NCBI GenBank assembly: GCA_965197475.1
Contig: CBDANF010000003.1
Location: 3,520,001-3,584,000 of the forward strand
Direction: 5' to 3'
Length of the DNA stretch: 64,000 bases
Origin: Candidatus Poribacteria bacterium
GTDB lineage: Bacteria; Poribacteria; WGA-4E; WGA-3G
The position numbers were made by a program, and so were the translations under genes. A model generated the notes under the pieces. The model was not told the DNA's origin. It ran no database searches and saw nothing but the letters and a program-made list of their open reading frames with translations. Below, piece after piece: positions 51,715 through 62,921 of this stretch; the stretch's first letter is position 1, and each line of letters begins with the position of its first letter.

Positions 51715-52413
51715 TTAGGAAAAAAAACGGAACCTGAAAATATGAAATATCGCTGCAATACCATCTTTCCAACTCACAGTCTTTCCTTGATGATAGTCTC
51801 TACCGCGATAACTTATTGGAATATCAACGATTTTGCACTTGCGTTTCGCGAGTTTCGCAGTAATCTCCGGTTCAAAACCAAATCTGTCTGAACGTAGCGA
51901 TATATCCTTCAGAATATCAGTTTTCATAACCTTGTAACAGGTTTCCATGTCTGTCAATTTCGTGCCGTTTAGTAAATTTGACAGGGATGTTAGAAATCGG
52001 TTCGCAAGGTAACTACGTAACAATCCTTCTTGACGACCTTGCATAAATCGAGAGCCATAGACGACATCAGCAATGTTTGTTAAAATGGGTTCAAGTAATT
52101 CCGGGTAGTCTTGCGGATCATATTCCAAATCCGCGTCTTGTATGAGTGTGATATCGCCCGTAATATGTTCAAAACCGGTTCGAAGGGTCGCACCTTTACC
52201 GCGGTTTATCTCATGATAGAAAATTTTTGCCGTATTGTCAGCTGAATTTTGGAGGCTTTCTAATATTTCGCGTGTGCCATCTGTTGAACAATCATCAACC
52301 AGAATAAGTTCTTTTTCCATCCCGATTTCAACCGCGTTTATTTGTCGTAGAATTTCCTCTAAATGCTCAGCCTCATTGTAAATCGGGATCACAACGGATA
52401 GTTTCTGCGCCAT
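51715..52413 (-). CDS. GT2 glycosyltransferase (DPM-synthase-like)
   Basis: IPIYNE, DDCSTDGT, QDADLEYDP and TDMETCYK motifs. Confidence 0.88.
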   Translation of the reverse strand: MAQKLSVVIPIYNEAEHLEEILRQINAVEIGMEKELILVDDCSTDGTREILESLQNSADNTAKIFYHEINRGKGATLRTGFEHITGDITLIQDADLEYDPQDYPELLEPILTNIADVVYGSRFMQGRQEGLLRSYLANRFLTSLSNLLNGTKLTDMETCYKVMKTDILKDISLRSDRFGFEPEITAKLAKRKCKIVDIPISYRGRDYHQGKTVSWKDGIAAIFHIFRFRFFS

Positions 52414-52737
52414 CCAGATTCCTCCAGTTTGTCAAAGGTTCTGATTAATCCTATTATCTCTTTGAGGATGTGGCAAGACACAACCAGCTTTAAATAAGGA
52501 TACCTTATTATGAAATTTTATGCAAGTTTTTTTAAGTATCATAACCACTCAATCCTTATGTAGTTCAATCTTCTACTGAAAGGCACTTCGCTGCGTTCTA
52601 CATAAGACATAATTTCGTTGTAATTTTCGGATATTTTTGATATACTATATGCATCCAATCTTCGGTAGCACTGTAAAGCATATCTGCCACCCTCCCACCG
52701 TAGCAGGGATAAACGAACTAACGTTGAGGAATCCAGG

Positions 52738-53689
52738 ATGAATAAAAGAGACATTTGACTTTGCAAAACGTCAGGTTACGATTTCAGATACCTATGACAC
52801 AAATTCTGACGTAGTCCTCTTTGATGGAGATTGTAGCGAGTTACTAAAGGCCATTCCGTCAAGCTCGGTGGATTTGGTGATCACCTCTCCGCCATACAAC
52901 ATTGGTAAGAAATACGAGAAGAAAATGTCTTTACAGGCATATCTAAAAAATCACGAACCTGTAATTGTGGAATTGGTTCGGGTACTTTCTGAAACTGGAA
53001 ATCTCTGTTGGCAAGTAGGAAATTACGTTGAGAAGGGAGAGGTCTTTCCGCTTGATATTTACTTTTATGAGATTTTCAAACGTTTCGGCTTAAAATTACG
53101 AAATCGGATCATCTGGCGGTTTAATCACGGTTTACACTGCACAAAACGTTTTTCGGGTCGCTACGAAGTCATCTTATGGTTTTCCAAAAGTGACGACTAC
53201 ATTTTCAATCTCGATCCAGTGCGTGTTCCTGCAAAATACCCAGGTAAACGACATTTCAAAGGACCAAAACGCGGTCTACTTTCAGGGAACCCGCTTGGCA
53301 AGAACCCTTCTGATGTTTGGGATGTGGTGACACAAGACTGGGAAAATGAAATTTGGGATATTCCAAATGTAAAGGCAAATCATCCTGAAAAAACCGAACA
53401 TCCGTGTCAATTTCCTGTGGAATTGGTTCAACGGTGTGTGTTGGCACTTACACAACCTGACAGAATTGTTTTTGACCCGTATTGTGGTGTCGGATCAACG
53501 ATCATCGCTGCCTTGCAGCACAACCGAAAAGCGATTGCTGCTGAACTTGATTTGAGTTATGTTGCGATTGCCCGTGAACGGATACAGAAGTTCGCCGATG
53601 GAGAATTGCCACTCCGTCCGATCGGTAAACCTATCCACGAACCGACAGGAAAAGAAAGTGTGGCGCAGCTGCCTTTAGAATGGAAATAG
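52738..53689 (+). CDS. Amino-methyltransferase (M.BglII-like); apparent frameshift in an A-run near the start
   Basis: TSPPYN, HPCQFP and DPYCGVGST motifs; upstream in-frame LFDGDC. Confidence 0.8.
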
Positions 53690-54329
53690 ATGCTCATGAT
53701 TATTACTGCCGAGTATTCCTTCAATGGTGGAAATGCTATTCAAAAGGAATACGCTCACCTGTTAAAAGAGGTGGAGGAGATTATCGCTGTTGTTGATGCC
53801 TCACAGTGCAAAACTAAAACAAGCGAGGAGATCACAATGCCGGGAAAAATACTGTATAGTCCAAAAGCACTTAATCGCGCTTTTCCCAAGGCTTCCAATC
53901 CAAAGGTTGGCAGAAGGAACGTGTAAAATGTGATTATCCAACAAACTACTACCGCCAAGGATATTCACCGAAACCAATGCGCCAAACCGCATTTCGAGAA
54001 ATGGATTTTTGAAAGAGAGGATTGGAGTAGAAGTTCAGTTTGGAAAATACGCATTTATGGTCTACAACGTCTGTGCGAAAATGACTATTTTTAACAACTT
54101 GGGCTACATTGATGTTGGAATTGAGATTGTGCCTGTGAAGGCTTTTGCTGACGAAATGTCTACCGGAGTCTCATATTTTGAGCAGTTCGTGTGGGATTTA
54201 GATGCTTGAGGCGTTGCGGACATTGATATTCCTGTCCTCATTTTTGGTGTTGATGTGGGAGGCAACAGCGGCTATAATTATTCAGTCGATGACAAACAGC
54301 TCTTACTTGAATTAGGCGACAGGAACTAA
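53690..54329 (+). pseudogene. BglII/BstYI-family restriction endonuclease, fragmented
   Basis: KTSEE..MPG, FREMDF, GVEVQFGKYAFMVY and GVADIDIPV in different frames; in-frame TGA at 54207. Confidence 0.75.
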
Positions 54330-54374
54330 TCGTTAGCAAAAGAATACGATTACGAGAGAGGAAGTATGTCAAGG

Positions 54375-54407
54375 CGTTGGGTTTCACGTTGTTCAATTCA
54401 ACCTACG
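54375..54407 (-). repeat. GTAG-type REP-like palindrome
   Basis: Minus strand CGTAGGTTGAATTGAACAACGTGAAACCCAACG. Confidence 0.55.
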
Positions 54408-54466
54408 CGTTTAAGTTGAACTCATGTAAACCTTAACCTGAATATAGAAGATATTAGGATAATCAG

Positions 54467-55675
54467 ATGCAAAATTGGATGAAAATTTTAGTCATACTTT
54501 GTCTATGCTTGCCACTTTCTGAACTCATTGCACAAAAAAATGATCATGCTGCATACGTACAGCATGTAGAAGAAGGGTTTATTTTTCTGTTCCAAGGCGA
54601 AGACCAGAAAGCAATAGACGCATTTAATTCAGCACTCGCTATTGAACCTAATCACTATGAGATTCTGCATTATTTAGGGATGGCGTATGCCCAAGACGAG
54701 TCTTGGAACAAAGCAGTTGAAGTTTACCAACGCTCTTTGGAACTGAAACCAGATAATATTGAGGTACTCTATTCCTTAGGCGTTGTCTATTTCAAACTTA
54801 ATCAGTGGGCAGAGGCGTTAGGACCATTGCAACAAGTCATCGCACTATCACCACAACATGCGCGCGGACATGAAGTACTCGGCAAAGCACACGTCAAACT
54901 TCGTCAATATTCGGAAGCAGTTGAGATTTTAACCAAAGCCATTAAATTGAAGCCTAATACTGCCGGGAATTATAATGAGCTCGGCACAGCATACCTCAAT
55001 TTAAAGGATTCTCCGGATGCTGTTGAGAAAGCAATAGAGAACTTTACAAAAGCGGTAAAATTTGGACCATCGGACTACGCAGAACCTCATTACGGCCTCG
55101 GCACAGCATATCTCCGTTCAGGTAAAAGAGAGAAAAGTAGAGAAGAAATGCGGATATATCAGCGTTTACAAAAGGAATACGTTGATTATGAACGTTTTAC
55201 ACGTCTAACACGTGTGGATCCGAATAACCTTGAAGGATGGACAGGGTTGGCAAAAGTGTTAATGCGTCAAAAAAAATATACTAAGGTGCTTCCGGTGTTA
55301 CAAAAATGTATTGAAATTGGAAACTCACAAAACGCACCTGCAAGCACAATTGCAGGTTTTTATCATGGGCTTAGCCAGGCATTTATAAATCTAAAATATC
55401 CGAAGTTGGCAGTGGAAAACGCTGGCAAAGCGATTCAACTCATGCCAAACCAAGCCGTATTTTATAACACGCTTGGTAGTGCTTACGCGATGCTTGGAAA
55501 TATTCAAAAAGCAATCGTTGTGTTTCAAAAAGCAATTGAATTAGATGAAGAACAACCCTATTACCATCTGAACCTTTCAAAACTCTATCGAAGTCTCGGA
55601 AACAACAAACTTGCCAAAGAACATTATCAAGCGTATGAGCATTTTTTGTCAAAACAGAAAAAAGCACAAAAATAA
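54467..55675 (+). CDS. Exported tetratricopeptide repeat protein
   Basis: Signal peptide; multiple LG.AY...A...P TPR units. Confidence 0.85.
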   Translation: MQNWMKILVILCLCLPLSELIAQKNDHAAYVQHVEEGFIFLFQGEDQKAIDAFNSALAIEPNHYEILHYLGMAYAQDESWNKAVEVYQRSLELKPDNIEVLYSLGVVYFKLNQWAEALGPLQQVIALSPQHARGHEVLGKAHVKLRQYSEAVEILTKAIKLKPNTAGNYNELGTAYLNLKDSPDAVEKAIENFTKAVKFGPSDYAEPHYGLGTAYLRSGKREKSREEMRIYQRLQKEYVDYERFTRLTRVDPNNLEGWTGLAKVLMRQKKYTKVLPVLQKCIEIGNSQNAPASTIAGFYHGLSQAFINLKYPKLAVENAGKAIQLMPNQAVFYNTLGSAYAMLGNIQKAIVVFQKAIELDEEQPYYHLNLSKLYRSLGNNKLAKEHYQAYEHFLSKQKKAQK

Positions 55676-55704
55676 TTATATCAATACTAAAACCGGGGAC
55701 AGAT

Positions 55705-56541
55705 GTGTTGAATAATAGACAATTCTCTATAACATTACTTATTTTTCTATTAAATGTGGGTGTTGCTATCAGTGTTTCCGCCGATGAAAAAGAAAATCAG
55801 ATGATATTAGTTCCTGCTGGCACTTTTACAATGGGAAGTGCCAAACGTGCTACAGATGAAAAACCGGCACATAAAGTCTACCTTGATTCTTACTATATCA
55901 GTAAATACGAGGTGACAAACGCAGAATATTATGAATTTTGGCGTAGTTTGCAAGAAAACGATTCTGAAACAACACAGAAAGCAACGCAACACACACCTGA
56001 AAACTTCACCTATCTTCCCCATATCGGTGCCTGGCCTGAACGGGCAACAAAATTTCCTGATTACCCTATTGTCGGTGTATCGTGGCATGATGCAAAGGCT
56101 TATGCTGAATGGAAAAGCATGCGACTTCCAACAGAAGCAGAATGGGAAAAGGCTGCCCGTGGTTATACGGACAGAATATGGCCGTGGGGTAATGCCATAA
56201 CGCCTCTTGCCAATACCTCTGACAAAAATGATGGCTACGAGAACCGTATCGCGCCTGTTGGTAGTTTCCCAAAAGGCAAGAGCTTTTACGGTGCTATGGA
56301 TATGGCTGGTAATGTATGGGAATGGACTGCAGATTGGTACAGTGATGTCTACTATTTTCACAGTCCAAAGCAGAACCCAACGGGACCAACCACCGGCAGT
56401 TGGCGTATTGTCAGAGGCGGTTCATGGATAGATAAACTCACACGATGCAGTACGACCTTCCGATTTTATCTCTATCCTACGCTAAAAACATCCTTTGTCG
56501 GTTTCCGCTTGGCGAAAACAGCAGAGAAAGTAAAAAAATAG
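55705..56541 (+). CDS. FGE-sulfatase (SUMF1) domain protein
   Basis: FTMGS, RLPTEAEWEKAARG, DMAGNVWEW, RGGSW and GFR motifs. Confidence 0.88.
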   Translation: MLNNRQFSITLLIFLLNVGVAISVSADEKENQMILVPAGTFTMGSAKRATDEKPAHKVYLDSYYISKYEVTNAEYYEFWRSLQENDSETTQKATQHTPENFTYLPHIGAWPERATKFPDYPIVGVSWHDAKAYAEWKSMRLPTEAEWEKAARGYTDRIWPWGNAITPLANTSDKNDGYENRIAPVGSFPKGKSFYGAMDMAGNVWEWTADWYSDVYYFHSPKQNPTGPTTGSWRIVRGGSWIDKLTRCSTTFRFYLYPTLKTSFVGFRLAKTAEKVKK

Positions 56542-56567
56542 TACTCCCACCCTCAGTGAGTTCCCTA

Positions 56568-58232
56568 ATGTCAAAATACATTTTAATTTACCTGACGTTA
56601 TTCATTATATTTGCAATTTGTAGTTTTGCTGAACAACTACCTGTCTTCGTGGATGTCACCGAAGAAGCAGGCATAAACTTCAAACATAACAAAGGTAAAA
56701 CCGAACATAAACACATTATTGAGACAATGGGTTCAGGCGGTGTCTTTTTTGATTATGACGCGGATGGCAACGTTGACCTTTATTTGGTTAACAGCGGGCT
56801 GGTGCCTGTAGAAGGTATGTCTGACAATGCTATTCAAGAGACTGCCGCAAACGTTCTCTACCGTAATGAAGGGGATGGACGTTTTACAGATGTTACAGCT
56901 GTTTCGGGTTGTGGTGATATTGGCTACGGCATGGCTGCATCCGCCGGAGACATTGATAACGATGGTGATGCTGACCTATATGTCTGCAACTTTAAACAAG
57001 ATACCCTCTATCGAAACAATGGGGATGGCACCTTTACGAATATAACGAAAGTTGCGGGGATTGATAATTCCCTATGGAGTATCGCAGCAATTTTTCTCGA
57101 TTATGATTTGGACGGTGATTTGGATATTTTTGTTGTGAACTATCTCATTTATCAATTGTCAATGCCTGTAACAACATACAAAGGGATTATCGGTTATGGG
57201 CATCCTCGGAGTTATGAGGGGACAGCAGATGTCCTTTATAGAAACAACGGTGATGGCACCTTTACTAACGTTGCACAAACCGCGGGATTGGTAAATCCGG
57301 GTGAAGGTCGAGGCATGGCAGCTGTTGCCTGTGATTACGATAACGATCGATTTCCAGATATTTATGTCGCTAACGATACCGGACGCAATTTTTTATATCA
57401 TAACAATGGCGATGGTACCTTTACTGACGAAGGTCTGTTCCTTGGCGTAGGATATGATGAAAATGGGGTGGCAGAAGGGTCTATGGGAGTAGACTGCGGG
57501 GATTATAATCGGGACGGTTGGTTTGACTTTATTGTTGCAAATTCCGAAAAAGCAACACTCTATAAATTACAAAATCTTGGGGACGATGAGTTCTTCTTTT
57601 TTGATGCTACAGCGGAGAGTAGGTTACAACAACCAACGTTGCCTTTTGTCGGCTTTAGTCCGCTTTTTTTAGATTACGATAACGATGGATACCTTGATAT
57701 TTTTTGTGCAAACGGCCATCCACAAGGCGTAATTGAGGTATTGACCGACTACGAAACTTATGCGCAACGGGATCAACTTTTTCATAACAACGGAGACGGC
57801 ACCTATACAGAGGTTTCGCAGACTTCTGGTGCTTATTTCTCGGAGGAACTTGTTGGAAGGGCAGCCGCGTATGCCGACTACGACAACGATGGTGATGTTG
57901 ATATAATCGTAATGAATTCCGATCAACGCGCAGTCCTGCTCAGAAACGATGGTGGAAATCGGAAAAACTGGCTTAGCATAAAACTCGTAGGAACCCGAAG
58001 CAACCGAGACGGTATTGGGGCAAAGGTCAAACTCATAACAGGCGATTTTACACAGATAGCAGAAGCAAAGAGCGGTTCAAGTTATGCTTCTGGAAGCGAT
58101 TTGAGGTTGCTGTTTGGTTTGGGTGGAGCTAAGGAGGTTGATAGTATTGTGATTGTGTGGCCAAGTGGAATTGAGCAAAAAATGGAGAGTGTGTCTATTA
58201 ATCAGATGTTAACGATTTCGGAATCGAAATAA
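56568..58232 (+). CDS. CRTAC1 family protein (FG-GAP + ASPIC/UnbV)
   Basis: Repeated DYDNDG..D and NNGDGTFT; SNRDGIGA...FGLG...WPSG. Confidence 0.88.
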   Translation: MSKYILIYLTLFIIFAICSFAEQLPVFVDVTEEAGINFKHNKGKTEHKHIIETMGSGGVFFDYDADGNVDLYLVNSGLVPVEGMSDNAIQETAANVLYRNEGDGRFTDVTAVSGCGDIGYGMAASAGDIDNDGDADLYVCNFKQDTLYRNNGDGTFTNITKVAGIDNSLWSIAAIFLDYDLDGDLDIFVVNYLIYQLSMPVTTYKGIIGYGHPRSYEGTADVLYRNNGDGTFTNVAQTAGLVNPGEGRGMAAVACDYDNDRFPDIYVANDTGRNFLYHNNGDGTFTDEGLFLGVGYDENGVAEGSMGVDCGDYNRDGWFDFIVANSEKATLYKLQNLGDDEFFFFDATAESRLQQPTLPFVGFSPLFLDYDNDGYLDIFCANGHPQGVIEVLTDYETYAQRDQLFHNNGDGTYTEVSQTSGAYFSEELVGRAAAYADYDNDGDVDIIVMNSDQRAVLLRNDGGNRKNWLSIKLVGTRSNRDGIGAKVKLITGDFTQIAEAKSGSSYASGSDLRLLFGLGGAKEVDSIVIVWPSGIEQKMESVSINQMLTISESK

Positions 58233-58322
58233 TACCAAATTAACTAAATCTCACTCGGTAGGCGCGCTTTGTCCGCGCGCCTAATATCCAGAAAAATAAG
58301 ATAGATCCGGTTAATTTGGTAT
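58232..58322. repeat. MITE-like cassette: 13-bp TIR enclosing a GTAG-REP hairpin
   Basis: ATACCAAATTAAC ... GTTAATTTGGTAT with internal GTAGGCGCGCTTTGTCCGCGCGCCTA. Confidence 0.7.
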
Positions 58323-58349
58323 AAACGCCTGTTTTGAAAATTTGGCATT

Positions 58350-58393
58350 AAACAAAAAAGCCTATATCCCAACGGATACAGGCTTTTTTGTTT
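58350..58393. terminator. Bidirectional rho-independent terminator
   Basis: AAACAAAAAAGCCT...AGGCTTTTTTGTTT between convergent genes. Confidence 0.7.
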
Positions 58394-58416
58394 ATAATAC
58401 TCGTCAATTATTTGGA

Positions 58417-59136
58417 TTATTTGCGTTTAATATCTGCCCACGTAGTTGTCAGTTTTCCTTTAGGTTCAACTGGTGTCAGAACATTAAGGAATTGCCCATC
58501 AAGTGTCGGGGCAATCTTGAGATCGGCATCGGATTCTTCAAAGCGGAGATTGACGTAATCTCCCCCGTCGCCTTCGCCACACCTGAAGTGCAGGAAGTTT
58601 TCACCTTCAAGGAGTTCAATATCAGTGGGTTGAGTAGCGTTAGTTACACCTTGTGTCCATGATGGGTTGTTGTACACCTTCTCACCATTGAGCCAAATTT
58701 GTGCATAGTTATCATGAGTTGGGTACATCGTCGTCGTACGGTCCTCAGGTGAAAGGATGAGGATAATACCTTGCCATGTGAAATTGTTGATTGGACCAAT
58801 ACCATGGCTCGTTGACATGTTGTTTGAATCCTCGGTATTAATATCCACAACACCCCAACCGAGAAGACCACCGTTGTCTGGAAGGTCAACACTCATACGT
58901 CCGGTGAGTCCAGCACCGTAGCGGGTGGAAACAATAACGTCATTTAATTCACCACCCGTTCCCTGATCAAGATAATCATGTGCTCCCGTAACATTGAAAT
59001 CTCCAGTATTAAGGATCAGATCAAGACCCCACCATTTTTCAATCCATTGGTCACCAGCCGGTTGCCAATTTTGAGCAAATGCCGTTGGTGCAATGGTTAT
59101 ACAAGCAATTGTGAGAAGAATTGCCAATTTTTTCAT
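58417..59136 (-). CDS. Secreted protein with C-terminal VEPKGKLTTTWADIK tail
   Basis: Signal peptide (AFA-Q); IWLNGEKVY beta-sandwich motif. Confidence 0.75.
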   Translation of the reverse strand: MKKLAILLTIACITIAPTAFAQNWQPAGDQWIEKWWGLDLILNTGDFNVTGAHDYLDQGTGGELNDVIVSTRYGAGLTGRMSVDLPDNGGLLGWGVVDINTEDSNNMSTSHGIGPINNFTWQGIILILSPEDRTTTMYPTHDNYAQIWLNGEKVYNNPSWTQGVTNATQPTDIELLEGENFLHFRCGEGDGGDYVNLRFEESDADLKIAPTLDGQFLNVLTPVEPKGKLTTTWADIKRK

Positions 59137-59646
59137 AGCTATGAGTCTCCTTATTCAGTATGCCCAAATTCAAATATTTTGAGTAAGAAGCGCGCTTCTC
59201 AAAATCGTCAAATCGAGCAACATAAAACTAATTTTATTTTTTCGGCTTGCTAGCTGTGCCGAAATTTAACTTTATTATGGTGATAGCAGTAATGCATGCA
59301 AATCACACATTCAAATGCTGACAACTATCCACGGGTAACAGATGTCCGGTTTTGCCAGCTTAAGATTTTTCGTGTCCTCCCCAGAATTTAACATATTCTG
59401 CAAGAGGTCAAATTAACTTGTTTGGAAAATTATAGCATTTTTTAATATAAAATGCAAGAAAAAAAGCAAATTGTAATGGACAAATTTTAGCACGCAGCAA
59501 AAAATTTGTCAAGTTTTAGACGAATGGATGCATAAAGTTTTGACAGTAAGTGAACCAAGTTGCGACCTAAAATCTCATTGTTTTATCGTATGTTCAGATT
59601 CATCTCGCTGTATTTAACCCCAGAGGGTGACAGGTTTAAAGCACTC

Positions 59647-60669
59647 CTACGCTGCTGCAACTTCCTCATTTGCCCGCTTCCCAAGCGCATTCATGTAGGC
59701 GATCGTATACGCTGTGCCAACACGGTGGTCGCCTGCCATGCTTGGGATGTGGTCTGGAATCATTACACCGTTGAAGTCAACTTCGCGAAGTGCTTTTGCC
59801 ACGTGATACATATCCTGATAGCCGTTATCAACGAATGTTTCAACGAAATGCGGCAACGGTTGATCAACATTACGGAAATGAACTTTGAAAATCTTGCCGC
59901 GTTCCCCGAAGTAACGGATAGACTCAAGAACATCTTTGCCCATCAAATCCCCGCCTTCAAGCCAACATCCAACACAGAAACACATCCCAACATTCGGACT
60001 GTCGGCAATTTCAAGCGCACGTTTGTAGCCTTCAAAACTACTGAAGATGCATCTTGGGATTCCAGCGAGGTGGACAGCGGGCGGATCATCGGGATGGATA
60101 CCAATCATAACTCCAGCTTCCTCAGCAACTGGGGCTGCCTGCTTGATGAAGTAGGTGTAGTTGCCCCAAATTTCCTCCTCACTATATTCGCGTCCATGCG
60201 AAAGCGGCATCTTATATTTATTACCGCCCCAATGTCCTTCTTCTGCAGTCTTGAGATTGAACGCACGGGCACTTGCACCACCGCGGGTAGTCTCGCGCTC
60301 GGTGCTCCAGATACCGTTACCCATGTGTGCGTACGTTGTATAGGGAATCCCTGCCCTACCGAGATCACGGATGTAATTTTTGTACTGTTCAATCTTAACA
60401 TCTCGGTTTTCTAAGTTAAGTACAATCCCATCCTGATTATGGACATCACTATTGCCAAACCCATATATCTTCAAGCCTGCGTTCTCAAAAATCTCACGAC
60501 GGCTCATAAAATAGTCGTAATTTGCATTTGCGCCGTTCGTCCAGAGAACAACATATTCAACATCCATCTGCTTAGCAAACTGTAAGTCAGCTTCGCTCGG
60601 TTCCGGGGACATCTGCGCCGTAACCTTCATCCCGGGTGCTATATTTTCCAATGGATTATTTTTTGCCAT
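59647..60669 (-). CDS. uxuA: Mannonate dehydratase-like protein
   Basis: IHPDDPP, VHFRNV, ETFVDNG and PDHIP motifs. Confidence 0.75.
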   Translation of the reverse strand: MAKNNPLENIAPGMKVTAQMSPEPSEADLQFAKQMDVEYVVLWTNGANANYDYFMSRREIFENAGLKIYGFGNSDVHNQDGIVLNLENRDVKIEQYKNYIRDLGRAGIPYTTYAHMGNGIWSTERETTRGGASARAFNLKTAEEGHWGGNKYKMPLSHGREYSEEEIWGNYTYFIKQAAPVAEEAGVMIGIHPDDPPAVHLAGIPRCIFSSFEGYKRALEIADSPNVGMCFCVGCWLEGGDLMGKDVLESIRYFGERGKIFKVHFRNVDQPLPHFVETFVDNGYQDMYHVAKALREVDFNGVMIPDHIPSMAGDHRVGTAYTIAYMNALGKRANEEVAAA

Positions 60670-60733
60670 TTTATGCCTCCATACGCTATTGAATGCGCAA
60701 GGTGCATGTCCAAACGCATCCGTCGTACTCGGT

Positions 60734-62131
60734 CTACTCGTCGTCCATTGCCTCTTCTTTGAGACGGTATAATTCTGCAGTCAATTCCTTAACAACATCA
60801 GCATATTCAGGATTGTCATAGACGCTGCACATTTCGTTCGGATCTTTTTCCAAATCAAAGAGTTCCCATTCCGGCTCTGTTGGCTCGTTAACTGAACCGC
60901 TTGTGCCGAGTGCCTCTCCGTAATAATAGATGAGTTTGTGTTGATGCGTTCGTATGCCGTAGTGGGCAGGAACATAGTGGTGTGAGAGGTGCATCCAGTA
61001 CCGGTAGTACATAGACGTTCGCCAATCATCCGGTGTTTCGCCTTCAAGTATAGGACGCATATTAGCACCTTGCATATCATCTGGTATTGGCAAGTTAGCA
61101 TAATCAAGCCATGTCTCAGCAAAATCGATATTCAGTGCCATCGCATCTGTTGAACTTCCAGCTTCAATAGCATGCGGATAGCGGACAATAAACGGCATGC
61201 GCAAAGATTCTTCATACATAAACCGTTTGTCGTACCAACCGTGATCGCCTAAGAAAAATCCCTGATCAGATGTATAAATCACCATTGTGTCATCAGCAAC
61301 ACCATCCGCATCGAGATAGTCAAGCAATCTTCCGACATTGTCATCAATTGATGCTACGCAGCGTAGGTATTCCTTAATGTAACGTTGGTACTGCCAGTTT
61401 GCCAACTCTTTCTCAGACAATCCCTCAGGGGGCGGACCAAATCTTTCTATTTTTAGATCTCTGTCGTTCATATGACCGAACACCCGCATCTTAGCGTCCC
61501 TTGCAGCGTTTGAACGATTTGCGTAATCGTCAAAGAAGTTATCTGGCATCGGAACATCTTCATCCTCATACATGTGGACATGCTTTTCATCTGAATCCCA
61601 CGGACGGTGCGGTGCCTTATGGTGACACATCAAGAAAAACGGATGATCTTTATCCCGATTCTGCAGCCATTCCAACGAGAAATCTGTAATGATATCGGTC
61701 GCATAGCCTTCGTGGTTTTTTCTTCCATCTTCTTCTATCATCACAGGGTCATAATAGCTGCCTTGTCCGGGAAGGACGTTCCAATAGTCAAATCCTGTAG
61801 GATCAGCATTGCCCCCGTGTCCGAGATGCCATTTGCCAACCATAGCAGTTTGATAACCGCTCGCCTGAAGCATCTTCGCAACGTTCGGTCGTCTACCATC
61901 AAGTGGGTCGCTTAATGTCTTGACACCATTGAGATGGCTATGCTTTCCAGTCAAGATGTTCGCACGACTGGGTGTGCAAATAGAGTTTACGCAGAAGCAA
62001 TTTTGGAAAATCATGCCGCCATCTGCGATTCGGTCGAGATGTGGGGTTTGGTTAATGCGACTCCCGTAGCAACTCATCGCATGAGATGCGTGATCGTCTG
62101 ACATTATAAAAAGTATATTCGGTCTGCTCAA
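60734..62131 (-). CDS. Sulfatase (formylglycine-dependent)
   Basis: PNILFIMSDDH, CTPSRA, GKWHLG, HKAPH and DKRFMYEES motifs. Confidence 0.92.
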   Translation of the reverse strand: MSRPNILFIMSDDHASHAMSCYGSRINQTPHLDRIADGGMIFQNCFCVNSICTPSRANILTGKHSHLNGVKTLSDPLDGRRPNVAKMLQASGYQTAMVGKWHLGHGGNADPTGFDYWNVLPGQGSYYDPVMIEEDGRKNHEGYATDIITDFSLEWLQNRDKDHPFFLMCHHKAPHRPWDSDEKHVHMYEDEDVPMPDNFFDDYANRSNAARDAKMRVFGHMNDRDLKIERFGPPPEGLSEKELANWQYQRYIKEYLRCVASIDDNVGRLLDYLDADGVADDTMVIYTSDQGFFLGDHGWYDKRFMYEESLRMPFIVRYPHAIEAGSSTDAMALNIDFAETWLDYANLPIPDDMQGANMRPILEGETPDDWRTSMYYRYWMHLSHHYVPAHYGIRTHQHKLIYYYGEALGTSGSVNEPTEPEWELFDLEKDPNEMCSVYDNPEYADVVKELTAELYRLKEEAMDDE

Positions 62132-62254
62132 TTGTTTCTCCTTTTTTCATGAATTATCGCCTCAGCTCCACGTTAAAACGTTCATATAATACCTATTTTC
62201 ACTTTAGGAGTCAATCTTTTTAGTCTTTAGCCCAGAACCATTCAATTATCGTGT

Positions 62255-62866
62255 AGTTTCCACTTTCTCTTTAAGGTATATCTTCTGTAGGAGCGACCTC
62301 TTGGTCACGACTTTTTAAAAATTCAGAGAAAACTTGAAAACTGAATGACTCTGACAGACAGAGACATTTGGTTTTCAAGTTCGCTAATAAGGTTAAACTA
62401 TACTTTGGACAATTTTTAGAGTTCTTGAGTGATAGTCAAGGTCAATAGAAACACCTTAGACATCAATATAAGATTTAATTGATACACATTTCGCCCCGCT
62501 GGGGCTAAGAGGGTTGTTCACCCGCTTTTCTATACACATTTCGCCCCGCTGGGGCTGCCTTTGCTGAAACTATAATAGTTTTTCTGTGGGTTACAACTTC
62601 GCACAAAACTCATAGAAAAATAGAAAGGACTTGAGAACACAACATGAAACAGACAGAAATTGTCCAACTTTAGTAAGGTTAACGTGAGTTTGATAATAAT
62701 ATTGGATGGACGCAGACCGTTCAAAGTCCCCCTGATAAGGGGGTTAAAAGTGCCTCAAATATTGCTTTTCGTGCCAAAAAATACCCTTTATTGCCAAATT
62801 TGCATCCGTCCTGCATATTATTAAAGTAAATTTGACTCAATGAATTCTTTTATCAAGCTCACGTTA
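62255..62866. repeat. Cluster of REP/MITE-like elements
   Basis: GTAG-REP at 62287-62311; doublet ATACACATTTCGCCCCGCTGGGGCT at 62482 and 62532; TAACGTGAGTTTGATAA (62680) / TTATCAAGCTCACGTTA (to 62866) shell enclosing AAAGTCCCCCTGATAAGGGGGTT (62723-62745). Confidence 0.7.
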
Positions 62867-62921
62867 GTTTAGGTTTACCCGACAATTTTCATACATTATG
62901 CAAATAATCACAAAAAAAGTC

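Noticed and set aside
59560-60414. 284-aa plus-strand ORF and other long antisense ORFs (e.g. 2743-3117, 4078-4581, 55807-56361)
   Set aside because: Shadow frames of well-supported genes on the opposite strand, with no recognisable motifs.
62482-62556. 25-bp direct repeats with ~25-bp spacers (also 11729-11802) as a CRISPR array
   Set aside because: Only two units per locus, linkers share a CTTTTCT end, no cas genes, and inverted solo copies exist; better explained as REP-like doublets.
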